From NCBI RefSeq assembly GCF_006345805.1, contig NC_043006.1:8184001-8248000 (forward strand): 64,000 bases of DNA. Direction: 5' to 3'. The DNA comes from Octopus sinensis (Eukaryota). The position numbers and the translations under genes are program-made. Positions 12,851-26,469 of the stretch are shown piece after piece. The first letter of the stretch is position 1. Every line of letters begins with the position of its first letter. The notes beneath the pieces were generated by a model. It was not told where the DNA came from, ran no database searches, and worked only from the letters and a program-made list of their open reading frames with translations.

Positions 12851-14225
12851 AGAGACACACTTATATATGTGTATATATATTTATGTGTGTGTGTATGTGT
12901 GTGCATGATATGAATGTGTGCGTGTGTACTCATGTAACAGAAATATGTATACTATGATATTGAATGGAAAATTGGAAAATTTTTTCCCTGACCAGCTCCT
13001 AAATACTAATATACACATATGAATAACTATGTGTGCATTTATATGAATAAATAAATATAGGTATTTGTATACATGTGAGTGCGTGTATAAGCAAGTGAAG
13101 CAATAAATCAATGATATTGCTCTTCAAATAATATTTCCCAAACTAAAGCTGAAATATCATATTTCTAAGAAAGTAATTGGCGTGAAAACATTTCCTTTCA
13201 TGTGAAATATTAGGTGTTATATATTGTCAAAGGAAATGTTGTTTTCGTATTTCCAGCAATTAAATTATCTATAGCAAGCCAGATCTACTGAATCCTAACA
13301 TTAGTTTGGTGTCTATTAATTCCAACTTTGTGCTATAAATGCGGTCATTATCAATTTTTTTATTTATTTATTTAATGGTAAATAATCGAGATAAATATAA
13401 TTAATAAAGCCCGAGTATTCTTATTAATTCCATTTATATACTACACACTTAATATTTTCCTTTTGAGATTCAACGGTTTTAGAAATATACCAAATCATTC
13501 AGTTTATTATAAATATTTGTAAGGATACATTCTTAATGTAAACACCATAATTTTCTTAAAGATAGTCGGAATTTTTTTCCTTATTCAGTATTTGCTTGGT
13601 GACAGCAAATATTAGGATAACTGAATGTTTTCTTCGCCAATATGCGCTTTATTATTATGATAACGATTAGACCGTTGTGTCCTGTATATCAAATAATGGT
13701 ACACACAGACCAAGAGTTGAGTATAATATTTAATCGTAGCCAAATCCTTTCAGCGCTTCCGTCATTACCATGTGAAGAGAATTGTATAGACGGTAAAGAA
13801 ATAGTATATCATAAATATATTATATTACTTAAATATCACTTTTAAGAAGTTATGTGAAACATTCAGTGATCAACCTGATTAATGTCTTATTTTCGTCTGC
13901 TTCTTGCTTACCATTTCCTTAGATGGAAAGTATATTTTGACATAGTAACAGCCCTGGAAATAAAGTCATGAATGGTTAGAGGTTACTAAACAGTAAACAG
14001 ATCCTAGACTACAGGGAATCAGTAAATGTCCGTTGATGAATGGTAAATTGATGTTCTAAAGGTGAATAAATGATTCCTTACTTCGAACAGGTGATTAATC
14101 AACTCAGAAAGAGAGAGAAAATGGGAGGAAAAAATTATTTTTTATTGTTTGTATGTAATCAATTTCATTTAATATTTCATTTTCACTAATTTGCCTATTT
14201 TAAGCTGTAGTCATCAATACATATA

Positions 14226-14268
<43 letters not shown>

Positions 14269-14313
14269 AGTTTATATATATGCATATATATATATATATA
14301 TATACACACACAG

Positions 14314-14386
<73 letters not shown>

Positions 14387-17300
14387 TACATATGTATTTA
14401 TATAAAGCTATATATCTATCGATATGCAAAAGCATATATATATATTGTATTGTCACAATACATTACAGAAAATAGAGATTAATTCTTCAAAAATCGTGTG
14501 AGATATTCAAAACTTGGTTTATATATTAAAAGTCATATTGAAAAGTATATAAGACAAAAACGTATATGATAATCTCAGATACAGGACTGAGAATTTATTG
14601 AAGAAATTGCCGCGATGGGATCTGATAACCTGTGCGCACGCGGACACACATATACATCTTCACACGCACTCAAACACACACCTATCCTCATACAGAAACA
14701 CACACGTTCGCACCTGCAAACACACCAGCTTAATCCAAATTTCAATGGAGAAATACATATTCAAAAATATGTGTATGTATTTAAATGCTGGCTAGTATCC
14801 GTGCACACACACATGTGTGCGCGCGAGTGTGATTGCGTCTGCTTCTATATGCTAGAAAGAATTATTTCATGTTAGAAAGTAAATACTTACTATGCAAAAG
14901 GATTTTAAGTGAAGTGAAAGAAAATAGAGAATAAACATGAACTCTTATATACCGATATTTTAAAATATATATCATACTTCAGTCTGTGCAACACAGTACA
15001 ATGTAGTTATTGTTATTGATATCGAAACATAAACATAAACATTAAATCGTCACTGATTGCCACTGGCATCACCTTTTGTTAGCAGAGTGCGTGGGAAGCG
15101 AAATAACACATGCAGTAACTTTATGATCAGCGAATATCAAGATGACAGTGAAATAAGCAATACTCACATTATGCAGGAAATGATAAAAAGTTAAGTGAAA
15201 CGTATTTTAGTCTAGAAATATTGCAGACCTTAGGAACTAAATATCACCAACTCAACACAAATGAATTATAAGGAAATTAAACATCCTTTTTTTTTTAACA
15301 GAATATCCAAGATTCTGAAAGAACTGCATGATTCAATGATGTATTGGATGTTTATTTACGATGATTCCTGAAAAAGGGCATCGTTGCTCATTGATTTCAA
15401 ACATTTGTAGCACTGGTTTACTGCAGTAATGGCGCATATTTTGTTAGATTTTACAGTTTCTCAGCGAAATTCATACAATTCGTCGTAATTTACCTCTGAT
15501 ACATATCATACTTAGGTACTCACACATGCACACATATCCATAGGCCACAAATGATCTCTAGACTGTTTCTGACCATCCTTTTATCTCCGGACTGTAGGTT
15601 TACTTTTCTCCTTAACGGCCTGTCAGTGTTGGAGAAAATCGTCCGTCATGAGATTATCTCCCTTTTTGAAGTGGAGCTTGTCATAATTGTCATTTCGGTA
15701 ATTATCATACATCCTCAAGAAGCGGAGATAATTCTAATTTTGAAGGATGTTTGTATGGTGTTTGATTATCAGCAAGTCAGATATATTCCTTCTTCAAAAA
15801 CATGCCACAAGACACTTCGAATCATTTCTCTTCAATTTGTTACACTATATACACGTCTGCTGTCATACACCTAAACGTCATACAAAAAAACCGTCTGCTG
15901 TCATACACCCAAAATCATACAAAAAACTACAAAGACAAACAGTAATTGACCATACACCTCAGTAAAAATACATATGCTAACAAAAACATACATACACACA
16001 CTCTAGCAGGCAGGTCTTGCTCGTTCTCCTGCAAGAAAATGCTAATCTCATTCTGCACACTATTACCGGTCATTCAACGGTAAAATGTTCAGCAATACAC
16101 TGGTTAACTTCTCTTGGAATTTTATATCAATTTATAATTTTCTCTCTTTCAACTTCCTCTTGCTCTTTCCTTCCCTTTTCCTATTATATGTAGAAAGCCA
16201 ATGTCCAAAGAGATATAGGCATCAACACTTTACTTTTCCCTAAATAGTAATTTTGAACTTATCCCGTCATAGACTATTTTGTATTTTGTGTTTTCTAATT
16301 CGATGCATCTACAAATGTATACGTCCATAAATACGTACATCTATAATAAAATGGAAAAAAAGCTGCTTTTTTAATCAGGTATACAACAGTTACTGAAAGA
16401 AAGCAATTCTTAAAGGGTTGACCGTCTGGAAGTTTTTTTATTAATTCCTGTTTCAAGAAACTTCCTGTAATTTCGATTTCTGAATTTTATTGCATATTTG
16501 AAATAGAAGTTTTTCTCTAATTTAGATGTTCGTTGAATTCACTACGGAGGAGATTTCATAATAAATATTAGGTCGCTGCAGGCGAAATTTTCCGTTTTCA
16601 TTTGCAACAGTCTCTCACTTTCTCTCGCCTCTATTTACATAAATGATAATTTAATATATATTCATTTCAATGTTTCCATTTCAAGTTTTAATTAGCTATT
16701 TCCAAAAGCCACAGTTTATTCTATATACCTAATTTAAATACATTATTTATTGAATGAATGAATGTTGTTAGACAAAATAGCAGTATAACTTTGAGGCTTC
16801 CATGATAAAAATGCACTGGTATAATTAAAAAGAAATTAGAAATGGTTTTGTTGGTAAGGCTCTCTGTAACGCTATAAACCTTACAATAACTATGTAGTTG
16901 TTGTTATTTCTAGCACGCTAAACGTCCTAGGGTTAATTCGAATTTTCTTTGCTTTCCAGATATATTACAATTACGATAAATCAATGAGAAAAATATTTAC
17001 TAAGCGAGATTTCAAAAAGGTTTTCTGGAAAACTTACATTCTGAACTTCCTTTCATTATTGAATAATTCAAGTTCACAAATATAAATATTCAGTAGAAGT
17101 TAGTTTGGCAGATTTTCACTTGAACTCTTGATTTGATTTTGATTTTGATTTTTCCAGTTTCAACTAATGAGCTGTGGCCATGCTGGGGCACCGCCTTCGT
17201 TAATTTGCGTAATTTTTTATTTATTTATTTACTTTTTCCGCGCCGTGTTTAGCTCTATGCATTTGTAGTCAGTCACTCACGCAAACGTGTTTTTGTATGT

Positions 17301-17789
17301 ACGTTTCTATATATTCATGTCTGTGTGTGTGTGTTTGTGTGTGAGAAAGAGTCTGTGAAGTGGTGTATTGTCATGTATATACACATACATAAATACATAG
17401 GTACACATATTTTTGGTATGTATGTGTGCGTGTGTGTGTTTGAATGTGTCTGTGACAGAAGGAGGGAGTGATGTCTAAGTGGCATTCATTCTCTCTCTCT
17501 CTATCTCTGTCTCTCTTTCTCGCACAAACACACACATACACACACACACACACGTACACACACACACAGAAACACGCACACATTACATACGTACATCTTT
17601 GACTTTCTCCTCTCTTTCACTTTTAAGCAAAAGTAATTAAATAAGGTCTTTATGCAGAAATTACCGAACACAACCAGCTGTTCGTTTTGACATTTCTAAG
17701 AGTTCAACCCAAACAATGCCTATAGATTTTTTACGAGCTTCTGCTTATACGATTTTATCATTTCGTGTTTATTTCATTCAGTGTTTCCA

Positions 17790-17836
<47 letters not shown>

Positions 17837-18005
17837 CACAGACACATACACACATTCACACGCGCACACACTGTTTCTCTAATATAAACACATTGTCTCA
17901 ATAATATAAACGGACACACACTCCAGGTACGATTAGTAGTAAACCGCCCAGAGGGTGGTCTTTCTGCTGGTATATATATATATATAAATATATAAATATA
18001 TATAT

Positions 18006-18699
18006 ATTCAATAATGAGGGTGAATAAAATTATAGATATTAATTTAATAATACCCTTATTTTAACACCAAGCGACGTAGCACAAAACACCGGGGATACAA
18101 ATTCATATTTATCCGTAAATATTAGAGAGCCAACTTTGAATATGTTAACTCTAAGTGCTAGAAATAGACCCAGAGTTAACATATTCAAAGTTGGCTCTCT
18201 AATATTTACGGATAAATATGAATTTGTATCCCCGGTTTTTTTTGTGCTAGGTCGCTTGGTGTTAAAATAAGGGTATTATTAAATTAATATCTATAATTTT
18301 ATTCACCCTCATTATTGAATGTATTGATTTGATATGCTGCAGTAAATATTACATGCGGTATTCACTTCCACTTAGCATTTACTTTCGGCGGGAAATTTGT
18401 AACTACAACCCGAATGTAATTCATCGGACCATAGGAGAATCGTCGCTTGTAAGGGTCTGATCAATTATATTGACAAATGCTGCTGACGAATCATAGACAA
18501 TTATGTAAGTATAATCTGCATATTTTGTTAATGACGAAACAATTGTACAACATTAATCCATTATTTAGTTGTAATTTAATTTCATAGCGTTGATTCTGGT
18601 GCTATTTCTATGTGGAATTATCGTCGGCGACTTTTACCGGTGGGTCTATTTCTAGCACTTAGAGTTAACATATTCAAAGTTGGCTCTCTAATATTTACG
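18006..18699 (+). mobile_element. Hammerhead-bearing retrozyme/pLTR-like element: inverted partial copy, 489-bp unit, 39-bp direct repeat
   Basis: 18006-18152 is the near-perfect reverse complement of 18172-18320. AGAGTTAACATATTCAAAG starts at both 18172 and 18661 (period 489). The spacer 18153-18171 is the reverse complement of 18642-18660. Flanked by (TA)n. Confidence 0.75.
18476..18554 (+). ncRNA. Type I hammerhead ribozyme motif with a long stem II (GUA triplet)
   Basis: Stem I AATGCTG/CAACATT (6/7); core CTGACGA 18483-18489; stem II TCATAGACAA/TTGTTAATGA (9/10); GAAA 18536-18539; palindromic stem III ACAATTGT; H17 = A18547. Confidence 0.7.
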
Positions 18700-18704
18700 T
18701 ATAA

Positions 18705-18747
<43 letters not shown>

Positions 18748-18783
18748 ATATATAATATATAATATATATATATATATATATAT

Positions 18784-18820
<37 letters not shown>

Positions 18821-18826
18821 TATATA

Positions 18827-18908
<82 letters not shown>

Positions 18909-18925
18909 ATATATATATATTAATA
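18705..18925. repeat. (TA)n tract
   Basis: Directly visible. Confidence 0.95.
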
Positions 18926-19252
18926 AATAAAACATATGCATATATATACACATATATGTTCGTACCAACCTCTACATGTATATATTCACGCATATATGAG
19001 TACAGGACACCAAAAAAAACGTCGAACACAATGAGAAACGAAAACAGACACAAACCCAAGGAACTGGACATATTTTAACAACAAAACAATAAAAAAATAG
19101 AGTACAGGACAATTAACACAAAGAAAAAAACCCTTCTTCAGTCGCCATGGTTTCATCTACTCTATATATACATAAATACGTACAGAAGTATTCAGGTTTA
19201 TCACCACAGTTTGATAAACATTCACGAGAAAGTTGTTTTGAAAAATAGTCTC

Positions 19253-19662
19253 TGTGGTAAGTAACTTGCTTACGAACCACATAGATCCGGTTCAGTCCCA
19301 CTGCGTGGTACCTTGGGCAAGTGTTTTCTACTATAGCTATGGGCCGACCAAAGCCTTATGAGTAGATTTGGTAGACCGAAACTGAAAGAAACTAAACTTA
19401 CAAAATGACCATTTCGAAATATAACAATATATATATGCATGTATGTGTGTGCATATGTTTGTGTGTCTGTGTGTGTCCCCCCAGCCTTGCTTGGCAACCG
19501 ATGCTGATGTGTTTATGTTCCCTTAACCTAGCGGTTCGGCAAAAGAGACCGATACAATAAGTACTAGGCTTAAAAAGAATAAGTCATGGGGTCGATTTGC
19601 TCGACCAAAGGCGGTGCTCCAGCATGGCCACAGTCAAATGACTGAAACAAGTAGAAGAGTAA
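19253..19662 (+). mobile_element. SINE family A, near full length
   Basis: tRNA-like head, CORE-like CCTTGGGCAAGTG, internal TA/GT tract and GAAACAAGTA..GAGTAA tail. Confidence 0.9.
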
Positions 19663-19703
19663 ATGAGTATACACACACATACACACACACACACATACAT
19701 ATA

Positions 19704-20115
19704 TACTCTTTTACTCTTTTACTTGTTTCAGTCATTTGACTGCGGCCATGCTGGAGCACCGCCTTTTAGTCGAGCAAATCGACCCCGGGACTTATTCTTT
19801 GTAAGCCCAGTACTTATTCTATCGGTCTCTTTTGCGGAACGGCTAAGTGACGGGGACGTAAACACACCAGCATCGGTTGTCAAGCAATGCTAGGGGGACA
19901 GAGAGAGACACACAAACACATACACACACACACATATATATATATATACATATATACGACAGGCTTCTTTCAGTTTCCGTCTTCGAAATCCACTCACAAG
20001 GCATTGGTCGGCCCGGGGCTATAGCAGAAGACACTTGCCCAAGATGCCACGCAGTGGGACTGAACCCGGAACCATGTTGTTGGTTAGCAAGCTACTTACC
20101 ACACAGCCACTCCTG
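19704..20115 (-). mobile_element. SINE family A, full length
   Basis: Reverse complement of the family consensus seen at 43609. Confidence 0.92.
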
Positions 20116-22038
20116 TATATATTTAATATTTCCTTATGGTAATATCAGTAAAAACGCAATCCACCTAGTGAAACACAAACATAATTTAACGTAAACCATA
20201 CACATATGCATGTATGCATTCTTCCTCACACACATATTTACCCCATATCTTGTGAATGGGAAGATAATGAATTAAAAGCAGGTGCTTTTGACAAAGAGAC
20301 AGATAAACAAACTGAAATCTTCATAAAATTATGAATGAAGAATACTTATTGTTTTTTGCTGGTTGTAGGACATGTATATAGGTTTGTATATATCACCATT
20401 AGCACGATATATATGTATAAAGATATATACATATATGTATATATGCTAAAACGTACGCGTATTATTTGTGTATGTTCCTGCACAATTGAATAAAACAGTC
20501 TAAGTGAATAACAATTAAATTAGCGTAATTATATATGATCTCAATATCTCATCACTCTTAAACGTTCTTTATATTACGGCAATTATATTGGGAAAATTAT
20601 TGAACTGTAAATGAAAACTGTTTCTTTCCGCATTTATATTTCGATTCCGATAATTACACAGGATGTGTACATCAATTTGGCGGCTAAGAATTAATTTTAA
20701 CATTTATATATTCATTCAGATGTACACCCATACCTACATGCTCTTCTTTCCTCCCTCTCTCTCTCTCTCTGCCTCACCCCTCTCTCACTGTCTGTCTCAG
20801 CCACACAAATATGTGTAATAAAGTTAAGTTATACACATAAACACTCATAATGACATACATATGATGTAATATAAATGTGTTCCGAAGTTACATTTAGACT
20901 TTAAATACATAACATATAATTTAATACTTTCGCCGTTAACTTCATGTAATTCCATTTATAATATTAGCAAAACTAGTATTACTTCTCAGTCGTGTAAATA
21001 CCAGTGCATTAAACTGTGATCATCTTGCTAGAATGTTAGAATATCTCTCCTTCGCTCCTGCGTCTAGATTAGAGAAGTTTTAATATTGATTTCATTAATT
21101 GCCCTTAAAATGTGCTATAATTTAGCTATCGTTTACGTGGCTATTTCATAGAGATGTAAATATATACTTTCAAATTATGTTCGCAGCTACATCTATAATA
21201 CCTTCAAAGTATTATTAATAAAACTTTGCAATACTTCTTTGAGATTCCCAGATGGTTTCATCATTGTATGAATAATATAAAGCTCTCATAGAAACTACAG
21301 GAATATGGTCATTAATCTGCAAATAGCTTATATTTACTGGAGCATCGTAAAATATGTCTAATTTATATTTGTTCCCAAATATTATCGTGGACTCAGAAAT
21401 AATGTGTTTTGTTTTGTATGTAATGAGATAAAAGTAAGGGCGAAACGTTTAATTTTCTGTGTTTCTATATATTCATACTAAATTATATCGTCTATGATGT
21501 ATACGTTGCGTTTCTCCATTTACCTAATACGATCAATTTGAAATCTATTTTGCGTACAACTTGCGATAGAGTGTATGTTAATATAATCTGGATAGAAGTG
21601 TTCAAAATATATGCTTAGTAATCATTCTCCTGCAATTCATAACCTAACAAAGGGCCGGACTTAGTAACATCATTGAACGCATTACATATTATATTAATTT
21701 AGTGGTGGTGCAATTATTTCTGCTTGTACACTGGATACATAAACAATGTGACTTATATACAATGCAAAGCTGAATAATCCGGGGCCGTTTTCTTAATAGA
21801 AATAGCAGCAAAGGAAAAGAAAAATGCATGAATTATTCGTGTCCTAGTCTAAGAGTTTATTTCTAACACTTGCAGCCATTAATGCAGCACCTGTGATACT
21901 GCAATGCCGAACAAATGAAGAAATATTTCTCTCACGAATGTATGGTGAAACAAGCAAAACAATGTAACACGCAAATTTATATATATATAAAAATACACAC
22001 ATATATATGTACATACATACACACACGCACACACGCGC

Positions 22039-22106
<68 letters not shown>

Positions 22107-22243
22107 GGGAATATAACTCGACACTTACAGGGAAAAATTCAATTTAGTATTAAATCAAATTTTACAGCATGAATATATAAAATATAAATTAGAGATAAAA
22201 CCACTATTATGCAACTCAAACAGTGATAGACATAAACAAATAC

Positions 22244-22280
<37 letters not shown>

Positions 22281-22759
22281 ATATATATTCAAATATATAA
22301 CTTAAAACTAGATCTCAAAAAGTATAAAATGAATGACAAATATATAATATAATAAGTAAAAACACTGCGTACGTGTCATGGCTACGGACGCAAAACAGCT
22401 CCAAACCCAGTTCATGCGTTCCACACTTGTGATGATTTTCGAGTAACCTCTTGAGCTAGGCCTTGCTGTTGCAAGCAGAGCGGTTGGTGTCGTTCTCATC
22501 CTTGTCCCACACAAAATTTTCCATTGAATTATAATCGAAGGAAATATAAGTCCAGAAATTAAGACTGTTGAAGTCATAGCAATCCAATGACAACCACTTC
22601 TGACTCCCTATGGAGATATGGCAAGGAGCCGGATTCAGCTGCCGCATATATTGCCTTCCTGCAGTAACTCTCTCAAGCCAAGTATTGCACACAATCTCTA
22701 AAAAGTTAATAAAGCAAAAGCTAAATGGTCTGAATCAAGTGAAGTCTGTAAATATTTGG

Positions 22760-23696
22760 CCAGTATACTTACTTAGATATTTGGCAGCTTTTGTAGATTG
22801 GGCAAAATCTGAATTAGCAAAAGAATTAGGAAGAAATTCAAAATGAGCGGAGGACTTCATCCTACGCAAGGAGTGGCAAGACTGTATTCACCTACAACGG
22901 AAATTGGTAGAGGTTTAGTATTAGTAGAAGACTTTGTGGAGTTAGCTAGGATAGATATAGTCTCTAAAGTAGGGAATTGTGTGGGACATTTATTAATAGC
23001 TCTAGTGTAACAGTAGGAGTTAGGGAAACTGTTGTGGGAGGATTCCGACCATCCCTAATTGACTAAGAATGGACTGAAACATTACTATAAAATAAAGAAC
23101 GGTGAGCAATTGGTGAGTAAGCAGTACACTGTGAGCCGTAGATTGCAATCGTTGAGTCTCATGTAATATTCATCGCACTGCTTCGTTGAATCATATATCC
23201 AACACTAGGATATAAAAGAATCCAAAATGCAAGATCAGGTAAATGCCAGAAAAATGAAGTAATATTTTCTGAGTGATAAGTGACTTTTCGTGGCAGATTT
23301 CCAAATAGATTTGCAGAAAATAGTAATCGCTGTTGTTGTAAATAGGAAGGCTGAAAAGGGAAACAGAAAATTTGATTTTCGCAGCATAAGATCAAGCATT
23401 GACGACTAACTAACTTAATGCTAAGATAGACAAAGTCAGGTAGATTCCCAATGTAGCTTATGTAAATTATAGGTGAAACTTGTTACTCATATATATAGCG
23501 GATGTTGCACGCTGGCAGAGGAAAAAATACAAGAAAATACTTGACATCTTCGGGAGCATATATTGAAACCTAGAATTTGCCTATACTGATAAGCGTTATG
23601 AACGTGAACATAGTAAAGTGCTAGAAATTGTGGAATATACGATGTGGGATTTTAACAGTCAGGCTGACAGAGTAATATAAGCTAGAACGCTTGATT

Positions 23697-23731
<35 letters not shown>

Positions 23732-24001
23732 CCAGACAAAGCGCTAGGTAACTGACTTTTCAAACCCAATTGAGAAAGCCAATGTGAGTGTTATAGAGAA
23801 ATAGCAAAGTAGCAGGACCTAGACATTGAATTACAGAGATCATGGAAAGTGCGGTTAAAATGTATCCCTGCATTAAGAACTATTCCTAAAGATTCGAATA
23901 AATGAATAGAGGATATAGGCGTAAAAACTAGTTTAGTGCAGCTCCTGAAAGCAGTACTACAAGGGACAACTACGATAATTAGGAAAGCTCTTGGCATCTA
24001 A
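22760..24001 (+). mobile_element. Decayed R4/Dong-clade LINE fragments (about 22760-22960 and 23560-24001)
   Basis: RYLAAFVDWAKSEL...MSGGLHPTQGVARLYSPTTEIGRGLVLVED (late RT); MWDFNSQADRVI*ARTLDLVVV...K*QDLDIELQRSWKV...LLKAVLQGTTTIIRKALGI* (RLE domain and C-terminus). Confidence 0.8.
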
Positions 24002-24254
24002 CGTTATTTGTTGTAGACTGTTGGAAGAGAAAACTTCCTTAAAAAATCATTTCATTTAATCGTGCAACTTCAAATTTTACCGTGTTAAATTGTTGGAACA
24101 TGCTCAAGAATTAACATTTCTTCAAAGAGATTTCTCCCAGATCGTTGATTTTTCTTTGATTGAAGAGATATTTCCTCTAATCAATGTAGCAGCGTTTCCT
24201 TTCTAGTTTATGGTTTTTAGTTTCATAAATGTGACACTTCCACTAATTAACATG

Positions 24255-24502
24255 CAAGCGGCTGAGCATTCCAGAGACACGCGTAACATTCACGTAGTTC
24301 CCAAAGAGATTCAGCGTGACACAGAATGTCACAAGGCTGGCCCTTTGAAAATACAAGTACACCTTTTTTTTGCCAGCAGAGTGAACTAGAGCAACTTCAA
24401 ATAAAGTGTCTTGCTGAGGGACACAACGCGTTGTCAGAAATTGAACTCACGGCCTTACGATCGTGAGGCGGATACTCTAACCACTAAGTCCTGCACCTTC
24501 AC
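24255..24502 (-). mobile_element. tRNA-derived SINE family E, diverged
   Basis: Minus-strand head TTAGTGGTTAGAGTATCCGCCTCACGATCGTAAGGCCGTGAGTTCAATT with A/B-box-like motifs, then CCTCAGCAAGACACTTTA. Confidence 0.65.
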
Positions 24503-24648
24503 ACGTGAGTATGTAATGGGTTGTAAAACATTACAATTTTCCATCAATATTTTGTATAAAATAATTAATGTTTTTTTTTGTGTTCCTTTACATTTCTGCA
24601 TAATAAAAGAAATTCATTAATTACGCTTAAATGACTTCTTGAATATGT

Positions 24649-25000
24649 GGCGCAGGAGTGGCTGTTTGGTAAGTAGCTTGCTAACCAACCACATGGTTCC
24701 GGGTTCAGTCCCACTGCGTGGCATCTTGGGCACGTGTCTTCTGCTATAGCCCCGGGCCGACCAATGCCTTGTGAGTGGATTTGGTAGACGGAAACTGAAA
24801 GAAGTCTGTCGTATATATGTATATATATATAAGTGTGTGTGAATATGTTTGTGTGTCTGTGCTTGTTCCCCTAGCATTGCTTGACAACCGATGCTTGTGT
24901 GTTTACGTCCCCGTCACTTAGCGGTTCGGCAAAAGAGACCGATAGAATAAGTACATGGCCGCAGTCAAATGACTGAAACAAGTAAAAAGCGAAAAAGAGT
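24649..25000 (+). mobile_element. SINE family A with an internal 3' deletion
   Basis: Joins AATAAGTAC directly to ATGGCCGCAGTC, skipping the GGGGTCGA segment seen in the other copies. Confidence 0.9.
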
Positions 25001-26469
25001 ATGTAAGAAGAGTTAAACTCTAGTTTATTTATGAACTGAAATGACTTCTAGACTGTCACCTCCAAGTATTACATAACTTCATATAAGTATATTAACCAAT
25101 ATAATTCTAAATCATTAAGACTATACAAATGATGCAATGAAGAAAATTAGGTTGTGTAAATCATAAAATACAAGTTGTGTGGTTGGTTGCAACGATGTGC
25201 TACAGCAAAGTTTTACAGACAAGCGTATTTATTTCTTCAGTCAACTTTATGATGTAACGTTCTTTCAAGCTAAAGCACAATTTCCTCAATAACTCAGTTT
25301 CTCTATGCTAAATGCAATATATATATATATATATATATATGTCTCAAACGTCTAATTAACGTTTGATTTCTCTCCTCTGCTATTTCACATGAATCTTCTA
25401 AAATACTAATTAGATATAGTGTTATTTATTTTGATATTTAAAGTGAAGTTTTAGTACACAACTGTTTTATCTATATCTTTAGTCTGCACTTTTTTTTTAC
25501 ATTTATATGTATTCTATGTTTAATATATTCTGCGCTTAATGTGTGACATCGCATTTTCTAACATTCAAACTGCTCTTTACAAACTGCTTTGAAGAAATTA
25601 TTTACAGAACAAAGAGACGAAAAGTGTTGAAGTTTCATTATTGGATGTAGAATTCAATTGTAACTTCACCTCGGTATTTATTTAATTTTCCTTCGAAACT
25701 CATCTGCTTAATTATAGGAAAGTTCTACTAATATATTTAACACTTCGGTAATGGCGTTTGTGCTCATTCTCCCAATATTGCATTTCAATACTTAGGCAAT
25801 AAATGCCGGCAGTACATATAGCATCTAGCTATTTCGTTACTTCATTATTTATTTATAGTTTCCAAATATATTGCGTTACTTGGCTTATAAGTCAGTTATA
25901 TAATGGCAGTATTTACTTACGAATAATCAGCGGTACAGGGCCAATACACATTTAGAATATATCGGCAACACATATCTATAATTCTTTCTCTGGGCCCTCA
26001 ACTCCAGGTGAATACGTAGCGGTTTGGATGTAACCTGCGACCTATGCTCGATACTCTTGGGCAAACGGTGACCATTCCACTTCTAGACTGATTATACCCT
26101 ATGTCTTCAACAGATAGAGAGAGAGAGAAGGGGGAGAGGGGGAGAGCATAAGAGAGAAACTGGAAGAGAGAGAGAGGAAGGCAATCAGAGAAAATGGAAA
26201 ACTATCAGGAAGACAATCAGAAATAATATGAACAGTGGAGCATGTTACAAGATTGGAACTTTATCCATCATAAAAAGACAAGATAAAGTTGATCTCTGCT
26301 GTACTTGAACATAGAGTGTAAACATCGCCAAGGAAAGTCTAAAGTAATCTAGCTGCGACTCAACAATTCGATCAGTTCATCTTAATTTTGTAAACATAAA
26401 TATGTTTGCATAATATGTGTATGTGTACGTGTGTACTTGTTTACGATATTTCGATATTTTGGAGTTTAC

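Noticed and set aside
13753-13791. Possible 39-nt plus-strand exon (LPSLPCEENCID) between TTTCAG and GTAAAG
   Set aside because: Weak donor and no homology recognised; cannot be told apart from background.
15600-15830. Minus-strand peptide MYDNYRNDNYDKLHFKKGDNL, resembling an SH3 start
   Set aside because: The frame is bounded by stops, has no GT donor before the next stop, and the spacing is off by one residue. Chance similarity or an unrecognised decayed TE.
19090-19175. Minus-strand GAAAC...CTGAAGA as a permuted hammerhead
   Set aside because: No room for the UH site and stem I between the motifs; helices do not form.
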